Assembly: GCA_002104905.1 (NCBI GenBank)
Contig: MCFE01000626.1
Location: 1-51,856 of the forward strand
DNA from: Basidiobolus meristosporus CBS 931.73
Lineage: Eukaryota; Fungi; Basidiobolomycota
DNA: 51,856 bases
Reading direction: 5' to 3'
Of the stretch, positions 38,714 to 51,100 are shown in pieces. A program made the translations under genes and the position numbers. Position 1 is the first letter of the stretch; every line of letters begins with the position of its first letter. Under the pieces are notes generated by a model. It was not told where the DNA came from. It saw nothing but the letters and a program-made list of their open reading frames with translations, and did no database searches.

Positions 38714-40064
38714 ATGCGTGAAAGGGAAAAAAGGCTGCTAGCAGGCTGTGGCCTTGTCCTTTTCTTCATTGCTTTTTATTTCGTAGAGTTCCGACTCTTG
38801 AACACCAACCAGTGTGCCTCCGAATTCTGTCAACCCCCTCTAACTGGCGAGGCAAGAGCACAATACCTGAAGACTCTGTATGCTGAGTTCACGCTATCCC
38901 TAAACCTCCTTCGGGAAGATGCTGAGCAAGCGGTCAACAACACCGAGGTGTATTCAGTCACGTTGAAGAAGCAAACTCCCCCTTCCAACCGCACCCATGA
39001 CTACATGTCGTTGGCGAAATACTTTTGGCCCGATCCGAATTCCCCCACAGGGCTGCCGTATATTCGTAGGGACGGGCACGTGAACCCCGAGATCAAGGAG
39101 ATCAAAGATTTCGAGTACCTCCGGGCCATGTTCATGGACGTCTACACTCTTTCGCTGGCTTATCGCTTCTACAGAAACGAGAGCTATTCACAGAAGGCCG
39201 TGACTAGAATAACCGAGTGGTTTATAGACCCGGTGACGAAAATGAACCCGCACATAAAATACGGTAGTATGATAAAGGGGGAGGAGTCTGGCCGACAGAC
39301 TGGAGTATTGGATTTCTTTCATGTCTATCGGTAAGTTCGCTCTTCTCTTTGCGGTTTGTGCGGCCACGTTCTCACTCCACACCCATAGTTTCGTAGATGC
39401 GGTGGAAGTCTTGCGAGAATCTCCCTATTGGTCCGAGTCGGTAGAGGGTTCATTCAAGGAATGGTTAACGGCGTACTACAAATGGCTTCAGGAAGATCCG
39501 TTGGCAAAAGCCGAGCGAGCGGCGCTCAACAACCATGGAACCTTTTACGACTGCCAGCTGATATCGGTGGCCATCCTGCTAAAAGATTTCCCAACCGCGC
39601 GGCAAGTCGCAGAGTCGGCCAAATCCAGGCGTATCGAGGCACAGATATCCAAGGATGGCTCCCAGCCGTACGAGACACTGCGACAAACCTCGTTCTCTTA
39701 CTCTGTGTTCAATCTTCGCGGCCTTTTCTTGCTGGCATCGCTCTCCGAACGAGTCGGTGTGGATCTCTGGAACTATCATGGCAGTGATGAGCGTGGTATA
39801 AAGAAGGCGGTAGACTATATCCTGCCATATGCGTTGAACAATGGGGCGGGCTGGCCGTATCACAATATTGGTGATTACGATGTGAAAGAATTTTCGATGA
39901 TATTGGAGCTCGCCTACCTTCAGTATGGAGATCCTCAGTACATTGATGGAATCCAAAAGATCACGGACAGACTGATCCAAGAGAAAGGAGGTCTGCCAAA
40001 CAGACGAACACAAATGTTGTGCACTTTGGGCTACTTACTAAAAAACAAAAGTTGGTTGTGCTAG
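38714..40064 (+). CDS. Alginate-lyase-family (PF05426-like) polysaccharide lyase with N-terminal membrane anchor; one intron (39331-39388)
   Basis: PPS..THDYMSLAKYFWPDP..PTGLPYIRRDGHVNPE, MNPHIKYG, NNHGTFYD, GSQPYE..R..SFSYSVFNL; N-terminus MREREKR + LLAGCGLVLFFIAFYFV. Confidence 0.85.
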
Positions 40065-40159
40065 TTTGCATTACCATTTAATAAATAACCATTCTTTCTT
40101 TGTGCAACCAACAGCCAACTGGGAGTATTGTTTAGCTCTTGCTTGCTGAAGTGTACAAT

Positions 40160-40859
40160 TTACCTCAATAAGTTGTCCAAACAGTCTCAAACCTTGCTCA
40201 CATGCTCTTGAAATCTTACTAAGTACATTCTACATGTTTGCTTTGCCAAGACCATGCTAAAATAACAATCACTGTGTGAAACCACATAATTCACTGCTTC
40301 TCCCAAACACTTCCAATATCTCCAAAACTCTTACAACAGACCATTAGCCCCAAGCTGTCACTCTCTGGAATGTCTACTACTACTATTACTGCCATTTTTT
40401 GCTCCGCTGCAAAGTTGGATGGATCTAAATACCAAGTCTGGAAGGTGAAGATGAAGATGCTACTACCAGCAGGAGGCCTTAGAGATATTATGAGAGAAGA
40501 ATGCTCTCTTGAAGGCTTAGGAGAAGAAGCCTCAAAGTACCAGAAGAAGGAACAGTATACATTTATCTGCAATTGCCTTGATGTTGAAGACATATTGCTA
40601 ATTGAATGCTCAAGAGCAATAATGGCAAATAATGCCTAGAAGGCATTAAGAGATATCTAACTGTCATGTTAAGCGGCTAAGAAAGTTTATCTTAGACAAT
40701 ATCTCTTTACCACAAACTTGCTCCCAGGAGAAGAAATGAAAAATCAAATTAGCAGAATCCCCCTGCTGGCTAACAAGATGGGATCTGTGGATATACAAGC
40801 TACTGATGAAGAAGTAAAGGTTACCCCCATAAATAGCCTACAGACAAGTTTTAGGACCT
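40160..40859 (+). mobile_element. Copia 5' remnant: decayed LTR end (to 40338), possible decayed PBS, gag N-terminus
   Basis: LTR ends CTCTTACAACA as at 13051; gag KLDGSKYQVWKVKMKMLL...DEEVKV..INSL. Confidence 0.8.
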
Positions 40860-41092
40860 TGTGTGAGTACTAAATGTAGTACCCACTCTCTGCCCAAGAG
40901 TTGCCCAAGAGTCCTGCCCAAAGTCCCCCCAGTATCCTCCCTATAATTTCCTTGCACATCCTTCCTCCTATTCCTGCCTTACCTAGTTGAGACACTTACC
41001 ATAACAGGAAGGTGTTCACACCCCTATTTTATAACACACTGTCTATCCCCTAAGCCCCTCCTAGTGAGATATATATATCTGATCAAATCAAG
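40860..41092 (+). repeat. Interspersed LTR-like repeat (copy 2 of 154-385), interrupting Copia gag
   Basis: Collinear with 154-385. Confidence 0.65.
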
Positions 41093-41467
41093 ATTGTGAG
41101 GGTTTTTTCTTTGGATGTAATAAATACAAGTCTTTATTATCTTACTGCCTTCTATTGAAAGCTATTCTGAACCAAGTAGTACAGACTTGACCTACAAGCT
41201 CTCCCAACTACCAAGTACAGTCAGTAATAGCTCACACCATGTAGCAGCTCTAGAATCTGGAATTTAAGATCTGACCTTAAATTAACTACATGGAAGTGTT
41301 GAGTATCAACATTTAAAAGTTAGCCAATTTTACTTTGTTAGAACATCTAGTACCCTGACTGATTTTCCCTAACCCCCACATTACTAATCCCAGTTGTCAG
41401 TTATTTTATCACTTCTCAGGATCTATTTTTTGCTGTCAACCCTTATCAATATTCATGTGGTCATTAC

Positions 41468-41794
41468 TGTTGTAAGAGTCTTGGAGACATTGAAAGTGAT
41501 TGGGAGAACAAGTAGATTATGTGGTTTTCACTTGATGATTTATTGAATGTAAAAGTAGTATTTATACTTTTACATGGTCTTGGTATAACAGACACACAGA
41601 ATAGGTTAAGAAAGGTCCCAAGAGCATGTGTGCAAAGTTTGTGGCTGTTTGGATGACTTTGAGAATTTTCATGTTGTGGGTACCTGATATCTTGGTGAAA
41701 GTATTCTAAGTAAATCCCAACAAGGATTTGAAGGCAATGATCTAAGTGACTAAGTTAGGTGAATATTCAGGTGGAATTATAGATTTTTACAACA
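41468..41794 (-). mobile_element. Copia-family solo LTR with near-perfect target-site duplication
   Basis: TGTTGTAA...TTACAACA; flanks ATTAC / ATTAT; reverse complement of the 12703-13051 family. Confidence 0.9.
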
Positions 41795-42176
41795 ATTATG
41801 TCCTCAACTGATCTGCTAAGCCTTTCCTGGTAATTAGTTATCTGAGATATATCCAACCACTTAGCAGTTGACAAGACATCAGCTGATTGATGATGCATTT
41901 TTCATTTATCTTATGCACCTAACAACACCCAAACTGCTTTCAGTTAGTCCAGTCTCTTGGTGCTTACTAATACAACTTGATCAGAAAAGTATAAATAAAG
42001 TCTGCTGGACCTTTTGGGTTAGTGAGTGTCTCAACAAAATTAAGATTGTATCTCAGCAAAATTAAGAATTCAGCAATTCAGTTCAAGTTTCCACCCAAGC
42101 CTAGCATATTTAGCACTCCTAAGAACACTAAGCCTAGCCTACATAGCAAACCAACTCTGGTGTCATTATAGTCAAA

Positions 42177-42248
42177 CCCAGATATATACAGCACCAATAT
42201 TAGACCAGAATCACCCAGCTATATACAACACCAATATTAGACCAGAAT
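42177..42248. repeat. Two ~35-bp direct repeats, period 37
   Basis: CCCAG.TATATACA.CACCAATATTAGACCAGAAT twice. Confidence 0.85.
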
Positions 42249-42356
42249 ATCTCTGCTAATATTTCCACCACTCTCTGACAAATGCTAAGATTCTGCACTT
42301 AGTTGTCACTTAAGTTATTCAAGAGTTTTACTCAAACTTTCTCTTGGATGCAATAG

Positions 42357-42655
42357 GAAGGTTCATGGAAGAGGATCAAGAAAATCAAGTGCCACTAAGT
42401 GGGAAGATGAAAATTTAGTAAAAATTGATAACCAATAACAGAGATACTTAAGACCCTTAAAAGATAAGAGCAATCTTTATTGCAACTACTGTCAAAGGGA
42501 AGGTTGCACATCAGGCCAGTGCTTGAAAAAGAAAAATAATCAGCAAAGCCGGCATAAATATGGGAGTGCTATCAAAATTGAATAAGGACTACTCATATCT
42601 GAGCTAAATATAGCCATAAACAAGGATTCTCAGTTGGGATATTCTGACTCAGGGT
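42357..42655 (+). mobile_element. Copia gag C-terminal (Zn knuckle) fragment, likely the continuation of the 40370-40859 gag
   Basis: Collinear with 9297-9600; CNYCQREGCTSGQC. Confidence 0.7.
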
Positions 42656-42665
42656 TAGGGGTAAG

Positions 42666-43498
42666 AAAGTTACAAAGTGGTGAAATTGTTATTTACTTAT
42701 GAAAAGTTTCTAAAGTAGCTAAGTTTGTCCAAAGCTGTTCCTAGAAAGCTAGGTATAAGAGATACCTTCCTGGTAAGTCAGGTCTGAGAGTTGAGAAGAT
42801 CAGTGGTACTGTATTCTCTAGTTGGCTATGTCTGAGAGAGGTTTCCTGAAAAGCCAGGCCTGAGAAGTCAGATTTTGAGTATATCTGAGGTGAGCTGTGC
42901 CAACTTGTGGTAGCTGAATTGTGGTCAGAATGGCCAGTTGACTAGGAAATCTAAGGGGAATTTCTGGGTAATCATTGGTCAGATTTACTAGGCAATTCTG
43001 ACCAATCAGCACTTCAACAGCTTTGGCTAATCAGAGCCTTTACTTTGCACAATGGGTGATCAAGCTATCCCCAAATTAGGCAGAGGAAAGTCACCAAGCA
43101 GTGAAATCTTTATTTACTTATGATAAGTATCTAGAGAAGCCAAGTTAATCTGAAGTTGTTGCTAGAAAGCTAGGCATGAGAGATATCTCCCTGGTAAGCC
43201 AGGTTTGAGTGTTGAGATGCTGAGTGGTACTGCGTTTCCTAGTTTGCAATGTCTGAGAGAGGTTTCCTGGTAAGCCAGGCCTGGGAAATTAGAATCTCAA
43301 TATATCTGAGGTGAATTGTACTGGTTAGCAATAGCTGAATTGTGGCTAGAATGGCCAGTAGATTGGGGGAACTGAGGGGAATTTCTGGGCAATCACTGTT
43401 GAAATATACTAGACAAATCTGACCAAATAGCATTTCAGGGAATTCAGCCAATCAGAGCTGTTGGCTTGAGCAATGGATGATCAAGCCATTTCCCAATG
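42666..43498. repeat. Tandem pair of 421-bp diverged units with an internal CCTGG-TAAG-CCAGG palindrome motif
   Basis: Matching anchors 421 bp apart (42691/43112; 43059/43480). Confidence 0.85.
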
Positions 43499-44134
43499 AA
43501 TACACATCAATTTATTGATCAAATTTGTTGGATCCAGATGTGAACCCACAACTATGGGTATGCAAGGGCTAGGGATAATACAATGCTAAGTGTTCTTAGG
43601 GTGTAGGTGTTTTAGTAAGGGCTAGGAATAGGTTAGAAGAGTAGGGGGTTTGGGGGATGCAATCCCCCATATTGCTCCCATACTCTTTAGAATCCCTTTA
43701 GATTACTTTTCTTTCATTCTTAGTTCTGGTCCCTTGGGGTTACAAATCCTCCTCCTAGCCCTTATCACCCTAGCCAGAAGTATTCTTACCCTATAGTTGG
43801 CACAATATCTGGCTATACAGTGGGCATGTCTGGGCCAATATTTGTCTCCATACACTTTCAGTATGCTCTGTATAAGTCTTGATGATTATTTGATTGAAAA
43901 GTTGTTACTTTTAATGCTAAATATAATTATTAATGTGATTCATCCCAATCTGGCCACCATCCCATATTTTAATAAGCTTTGGGCACCATAAGCTGCATGG
44001 CCCTAACATGATAAAAAGGTGATGACCAATGCAAGCTTTCTGTAACCTAATTGCTTTTATCAGATTTAAAGTGTATCCCAAAGTTAAGCATATTTTATAG
44101 CTATAATAGAAACTTTATATGACATCATTGCAAC

Positions 44135-44680
44135 TACTACTTGTGTTCCAGGTGCACATGTATCCTGCAGGAGTTGTAAAAACTTGGCCATGCAGTATAA
44201 AAGTACTTTTATTTCTCATTGTGGCAGTTTACATGAATTCCTAATGCACTTTTATAGTGTGCATTAGCCATACCCCAACAGGTTCTAAGGAGGACCACTT
44301 GCTATATCTACTGGTGTCTAGCAGGAGTCATTAATCATCAGCCACATGGTAATGAGGTGCTTTTATTTTTCACCATGCTAGTTTTACATGAGTCTCTACA
44401 TACTTGTATAGTGCATGGTAACCATACCCAAACAGGCTTTATGGATATCCATTAACTGCACTTACTTGTGTATAGCAGGAGCCATCAATCATTAGCTGCA
44501 CAGTAATAAAATGCTTTTATTTTTCATCACAATAGCTTCACCTGGATTTATAAAACACTTTACTCATACATGGCCACCACACCCACAGAATCTATTGTGG
44601 ATGCTTACTTTACACTCTCACTTGTGTAGTGTAGGGACCATCAACAAGCAGCCATGTGCCAATAGAATATCATAGAAAAG
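44135..44680. repeat. Degenerate ~154-bp tandem array, about 3.5 units
   Basis: GCAGGAG-type anchors at 44167, 44321, 44475 and ~44631, each followed by TGCTTTTATT-like and CCATACCC-like words. Confidence 0.65.
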
Positions 44681-45044
44681 CTTTGCTTTGTTGTTGGCAA
44701 GTACAGATGGGCAAATAATGGTACTATATGAATTGTTGAATAAATATCTCCTATAGTTGGTTCCAAGATATTCCTAGACACTATGCTCAAAATCAATATT
44801 AGCATCAATAGCTTGCTCTTTGATTACTAAACCACCGCTGTAGTAGGGTAAGCATATTTCCCACAGACTAGTTTATCCATATACCTATTATAATGCACTT
44901 ATCCATGTTTTATCATATCAGTATTATCCCATTTGTCTTTGCCCATATTATTGGTATTATGCCCATATGATGTTACTCCTGACTGGTTATTAGCATTAGT
45001 TATCCCAGATTTTATTCAGCTTTGTAATAAGTATATGTATCTAA

Positions 45045-45330
45045 ATTAGGCAAGCACCTGTGTCATTATCCATGACACATGACCTAAGTCTGTGTTACCA
45101 TCCCTACCACTTCATTACCATATATGGTATCTCTATGCTGCATAGGTTTCAGACTAGTAATCCTTGACTGGTTGGATGTGCTGTGCCTTTTAGAACCTTC
45201 CAGGACCTTCTTGGTATACTTTTAGCTCATAGTAATGTCATCAATAATTATACAGATGCCTGGAATCTTCTAGAACCTTGTCATTGGTAATCACTTGGCA
45301 ATCTAGAAAAGTATTTAATGGAAGTCAATC
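45045..45330 (+). repeat. Old repeat homologous to 5890-6500 once the 5974-6322 solo LTR is removed
   Basis: Weak but collinear anchors (AGGCAAG.ACC, TGACC, AGGTTTCA, TGA.TGG). Confidence 0.35.
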
Positions 45331-46320
45331 CCTCATCAATGAGTTATCCCTTCAATCAGTAACACTTCTCCCTTATTGATTAGCAGTAGTTCACTGGACC
45401 TACCTTCAACAGTCATACCTCAGGCCTGCCAACAAGGAGCTTTTCAGGGTAGTGCACAAGACACACAGAGGCCTCTGGAGACACTTGGAGCACCTAGGAA
45501 GCTAGCAAAGCAGGAGCTTTTACCATAGTGACAAAGACACCAGCAGTTTAGACCAAGAGGTTATTGCACCCATCAGACACCTCATAACCCTAGAGTCATG
45601 TAGCTTCACCCAGGAGTACCTCTACACTACCACACCACTCCCAAAATGTGGTGGCCTTGGTTTTGTCTAGCCATAGAGGAATGAAATTAGAGAACAGTCA
45701 CAATAGAGGCAAAGTTAAATATGATGAAGTGAGTGTACATGAATGTAATAAAAATCTACAGGACAAAAAAGAACAACAAGTAGATAAACAGCACTCACAG
45801 ACACTCCATCAAGTACAGCACCAACATGGACAATAAACAGGCCATGAGGGCAAAGCATCAGGACCATTACTTGGGGATCAAGACCAAAAGAGGAAGCTGC
45901 CTCTACCATGCAGCTTTTGCACTCCAAAGGATGACCAGAAGTCTACTATAGACAAAGATTGCAGCAAGAAGAGCAGTACAATTACCAATTCTGGTAGTGG
46001 TACCATTGGAAGTCCCAAATACCTGAAGAAAGCATAGAAAAATTGGCAGATGACTCAGTTATCCTGAGGAGAAAACAAACCAATGAAATTGGGTGATTCT
46101 GAAGCAAGCCTCAGCTTAGTACTGTGGTAATAGGAAGTACTATATTACTACATATCTCAAAACCAATATTGCACTTATTTCTTTATTTTGCTTTTGCTAA
46201 TATGACTCAAGTGAAAGATCAAGAATTTCCAACTTTAAAGGACAAATGCTTCAGACCCTGACAAGAAATTCACCCAAGAATAGTATGTTATGCAGAACAC
46301 TCAGTAGTCAACAAATGTTT

Positions 46321-48128
46321 CAAATTACAGCTCATTTGAAGCAGCACTTAAGGAGTTATGGTCAAAAGAGTGCAATTATCATTTGTACTTGGCCTCTGTT
46401 GCTAGGATTTCAATGGTGACTTCAATTACATGTAACTTTTGAGCCAGCCAATCAAATCAAGTGATATGTTCACAGGTGCTGCACCTAGGTCCAATCTGCC
46501 CCACTGCAGAGCTTTAGCTTTGCATCTTGTGTATTGCTTGCGCAATTGCCCAAAAACTTTGATCCTTCAGAATTTTCATATATATGACTTCCACAGCTGA
46601 AAAATAAAGGGAGCCTCTCCTTCCAGAATCTCCACACTACAACTACAAGTATAAAGGTTATAAGACTTCCCCTGCATCACTTGCACTGTGGAGTATTCTG
46701 ACTTTGATTGGTAATACATCAGTAAAGAGACTGCAAGCCTACAAGAATCCAATCTAAGTTCTACAAGAGAATACCACTTTTCTGTCAGAAAAGTCCCCTC
46801 TAAGAAGCCCCTTTACTCAAAAGACACCCCATTGGTCAAAAGACCCTTCTGGAGACCCCTTGAAGAAACCCCTTTAGACACTCCTTTAGCCTAAAGACTC
46901 CTTTAGAGACTTTTACATCACACCCCTTTAGGTCAAAGGAGAGTAAAGAATTTCCAAATTAGGAAATATTCTTACAGAAAGAAGAGTGACTTCTAAATAA
47001 GGAAAAGCTAATATAGAAGTAATAGGCACAACAGTTATCAGAAGGTCAGAACACTGCTGTAGAAGTGAGAAACCTGCCTATGGTATATTTTGAGCCTAAG
47101 ATTGAGGATATTAGTGAAAGTTATATCTTCTATTGGTATATCAAACTCTGTTGTGTTGTATTATTAATAGTTTGGGGCTTGTTCTACAATATAGAGGCTA
47201 ATCAACAATATATAACAACTCCCAGTATGCTAATACTGAAATAATTTATTGGGAGTTTGATATACTGATAGAAGATATAACTTTCACTAATTTCCTCAAT
47301 CTTAGGCTCAAAATATACTGTAGGCAGTGTTTATCACTTCTACAGCAGTGTTCTGACCTTCTGTCAACTAATGGGCTTATTTACTTTTATAGTAACTTTT
47401 CCTTATTTGGAAGTCCCTTTCCTTCCTGAGAAAATATTTCCAAATATGGAAGATCTGAACTCCCCTATAACCTAATGGGGTATGTTGTAGAAGTCTCTAA
47501 AGGGGTGTCTTTAGAGTAAAGGGGCTTCTTGTAGTGGTCTCTAAAGTGGACTTTACACCAAAGGGGTGTCTAAAGGGGCTTCTTTAGAGTAAAGGGGCTT
47601 CTTAAAGGGCTCTCTGAAGGGGTCTTTAGACTAAAGGGGTTTTTTAGAGGGGAGTTTTCCAGCAGAAAAGTGGTAGTTTCTTGTAGAGCTTAGATTGGAT
47701 TCTTGTGAGCTTTGCAGTCTCTTTACTGATGTAGTACCAATCAAAGTCAGAATACTCAACAGTGCAAGTGATGCAGGGGAAGTCTTATAACCTTTAAACT
47801 TGTAATCATAGTGTGGAGATTCTAGATAGAGAGGCTCTCTCTTTATTTTTCAGCTGAGGAAGTCATATATATGAAAATTTTGAAGGATCAAAGTTTTTGG
47901 GTGATTGTGCAAGCAATACACACAATACAAAGCTACAATTTTGCAGTGGCACAGATTGGACATAGGTGCAGCACCTGTAAAAATTTCATGTGACTTGATT
48001 AGCTGGTTTGAAAGTTGCACACAATCAAAGTCACCATAGTAATCCTAGCAAGAAGGCATAGTATATATAATAATTGGACTCTTTTGGTCATAACTCCTTA
48101 AGTACTGCTTCAAATGAGCTGTAATTTG
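46321..48128. repeat. Long imperfect inverted repeat (foldback-like): arms 46321-47148 and 47253-48128, ~104-bp spacer
   Basis: The arms are reverse complements along their length, near-identical in places (e.g. 46645-46755 vs ~47690-47795), each with an internal CCCCTTTA-type short-repeat block. Confidence 0.9.
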
Positions 48129-51100
48129 TAGGGGCATTCAGGCAAATGAGGCACCAAGAAGGTAATGCACCATACTGCAAACTTGTCAAGCTTAGTGCAG
48201 TCTCTAGAAGTAAGAGAGAGAAGTGGTAAGCCAAATTCCAGGACAGGGAAGACAAACTGCTTGAGTAGAAGGAGGCAGCTGGGAGCTGAAGCTGTAGGAG
48301 GAGTAACAGCCAGTAGCTTGTGGAGTGCCTGTCTTGCCAGGATAATTCTCTTCTTCAGGTGTGCTCCAGAGTCTAGTCCAGTAGGAATGAAAGGAAAGCC
48401 AAGATATGTAGCAGAAACCTGAGCAGGTAGAGTGGAGTTCTCCAAGGTGATGGGAGAGCCCAAAGGTACTGTCTTTGCAATGGAAAGCTGGAGATTATTC
48501 TTCTACAGATACTGGTGGATGGTCTGGGAGTCTTGTTGCACATTGGAGGAGGATATTCTGATGTCATTGGCAAAGAGAGTAACCAGGCAGTCAGCTGAGA
48601 GTCTTGGAAAATCATTCAGGAAGATGGCAAACAGTATAGGACCAAGCACAGAGCCTTGAACCACTCCATTAGGAACTGAGAACACAGCTGATTGCTCACT
48701 TGGGTGCAGAATTCTTGCTTGTGGATCCAGAAACAGAGACCTGACAAGGAGGGTGAGAGAGGTACTGGAGAAGCATTGCAACTTGGACCAAAGCAGATTT
48801 CTGTCAACTGAATCAAAGGCCTTAGTAATATCAAACAGAACAGAGGGATACTTGCACTGGAGAGAGTGATCTTGGCTAAGTATGACTGCATATTCCAAGG
48901 AGAGGCCAGGAACAAAGCCAAACTGTGCAGGATGAAACTTGAGGGAGTCAGAGTAGAGCTCCTGAGCAAGCAGAAGCTCAAACACCTTTCTGCAGGTGGG
49001 CAGCAGAGATATTGGCCTGTAGGAGCTAGGATCCAGGTGCTTTCCTTTACCCTTGTACAGTGGCAGAACATTTGCAAAGGACCATTCCTCAGGAGTAGAA
49101 AGCTGGGCTGAGCATTGCTGAAACAGTGGAAGCAGAAGTGCAGACATGGCCTTGGTACTAGTCTTCAGAAGCTCATAGGAGATTGTGTCCACACCTGGAG
49201 CAGTAGAGTTGGGAAGCCTCTTGAGCACATTATGGATTCTCGCTTGATCAAGTGCAAGTGGGATGGGCAGAGTCTTGAAGTCAGGATGAAAGCCAGGAGT
49301 TGAGTACTGCTTTGTAGAGAAGAAGATGTTAGCCAGCTGTTATGTTGAAGGTAACTTCCTGGAAGAGGGCCTCATTGCCCTGTAGAGTCTTGATACTGTT
49401 CTTGTTATAGAGTTGGAAGATTGCAGAGGCAAAGAACTCATAATATGATCCCAGAGCTGAGTATGCAGAGTGTGGTGAATTGCCTTGGAGTGGTGTATTG
49501 CTGTCAGGAGGAGTTTCTCTGCTTTTGGGTTAGGGAAACTCAGGTAGCTTTGTTGCAGGGCTGAAACAATGGATTCCCATTTTCTTGAGGTAACAGCAGT
49601 AGTCTTGCATGGCAGTGAGAGGGAGGCAGACACCAGAATCAGATGCTTCACAAAGAGCCAGGCATAGATGAGATCCTCTGGCAGAGAAAGTAGCAAACTG
49701 GCAAGCTTCAAGTAGTTCCCAAAGTCTTTCTTCTGATTTTTGGTAGCTTTGTGTGTGAGCACAATAAGTTTTGGCAGCTTCTTCTTCACAACTGTGTGCA
49801 TAGAAAGGGACCAGGCTGGGTGGTCAGAGGCTCTCAAGGATCCTAGCTCAGCTCCAGAGAATTGCTCAACTTCATTCACAAAGTAGAGGGCAGCAGCAGA
49901 AGGGCAGATCCAGTCAACACATCTTTTCTCAGATTGAGCACCTAGTGCTAGCAGATGGCTTTCTCTCAGGAAGTTCAGTAGGAATGTAGACCTTGGCTTC
50001 ATTCTTGCAGTCAGAGTAGTCTTGTTCTCAGGATGGGGAATGTTGAGATCTCCAAGCAAGATAACAGGTGTTGATATAGATTGTTGGTATTGCTGAACCT
50101 TCTGGCATATAACTTGCATTTCCTGAAGGGCAAGACTTGGAGGCAGATAGCAGAGCACCAGACTGATAGTTGGCAACTGGAGAGCAGCACAGTAAGGGGA
50201 GTAAAGAGGAACACAGAGCTGAGGAGTGTTGATGGTAGAAGAGATGAAGCAGATAGAGGAGGTATTCTTTGGTCTAGGAGTAGAAAAGCAATATAGATAA
50301 GTCAAAAGTATAGAGGGTAACTGGACATCAATCAAACACAGGAGGGAAAATCTTGAAAGAAGTCTCTCTAGAGTTGGTCTTGATGGCTGTATGCTGTTGC
50401 AGTTAAGCAACAGAACTTCAGGTAGTCAGGCAGAGGTTGTAGCTTCATCAGAGGCAGCATTGACAATGTGACCTGCAGAGTCCCAGAGCTCTTCAAATGG
50501 TGCATCACTTAAGTCAGCAAGGAGGGAAATGGCATGATTCTTGAGGAAGTATGCCACATCATAGGAGGGGGCTTGTCTCTTGATGGCAGCAAAGAAAGAC
50601 AGAATGGCAACATGGGTTGGAGGCTTGTTGAACAGTAGAGAGTCAGAGGATTCAGATTCTTCAGGCACTATCTTGAAGTCAGTTTTCAGCCATTTAAGGT
50701 TCTTCTCCACAAAGGCAACAAATGGGTCAGCAATGTTTTGGTCTAGGATAACCTCCAGAATCTTCCCTTTTCTCCAGGCCAGGTTGACAATTCTTGAGAG
50801 CTGAATATTGCATGCCTTGAGTGCTTTCCTGATGTTGGAAATGGGAGTCCTGGGAACTTGCTTCAAGTACACCACAGTCCAGGTAGAAGCTGGTGGTAGG
50901 TTTGCTGGGGGCTTGTAAGTCCTTCTGTGTGGCAATGGAGCTGCAGTAGTCAGATTGGAGTCCACATTCTCAGTAGAAGGTTTTCTTGATGTGCCTTGCT
51001 GAATAGTACTGGAGCTGGATGTGCTGATAATTCTTGCTAGAACCTTGCCTGCATAAGTCTGAGGTATAGCTGAGGTGACTGTAGAGGTGGTGGCAGCTGG

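Noticed and set aside
45640-46320. Short ORFs and interrupted frames left of the foldback
   Set aside because: CpG-depleted decayed repeat with no assignable motif; it does not continue the truncated LINE
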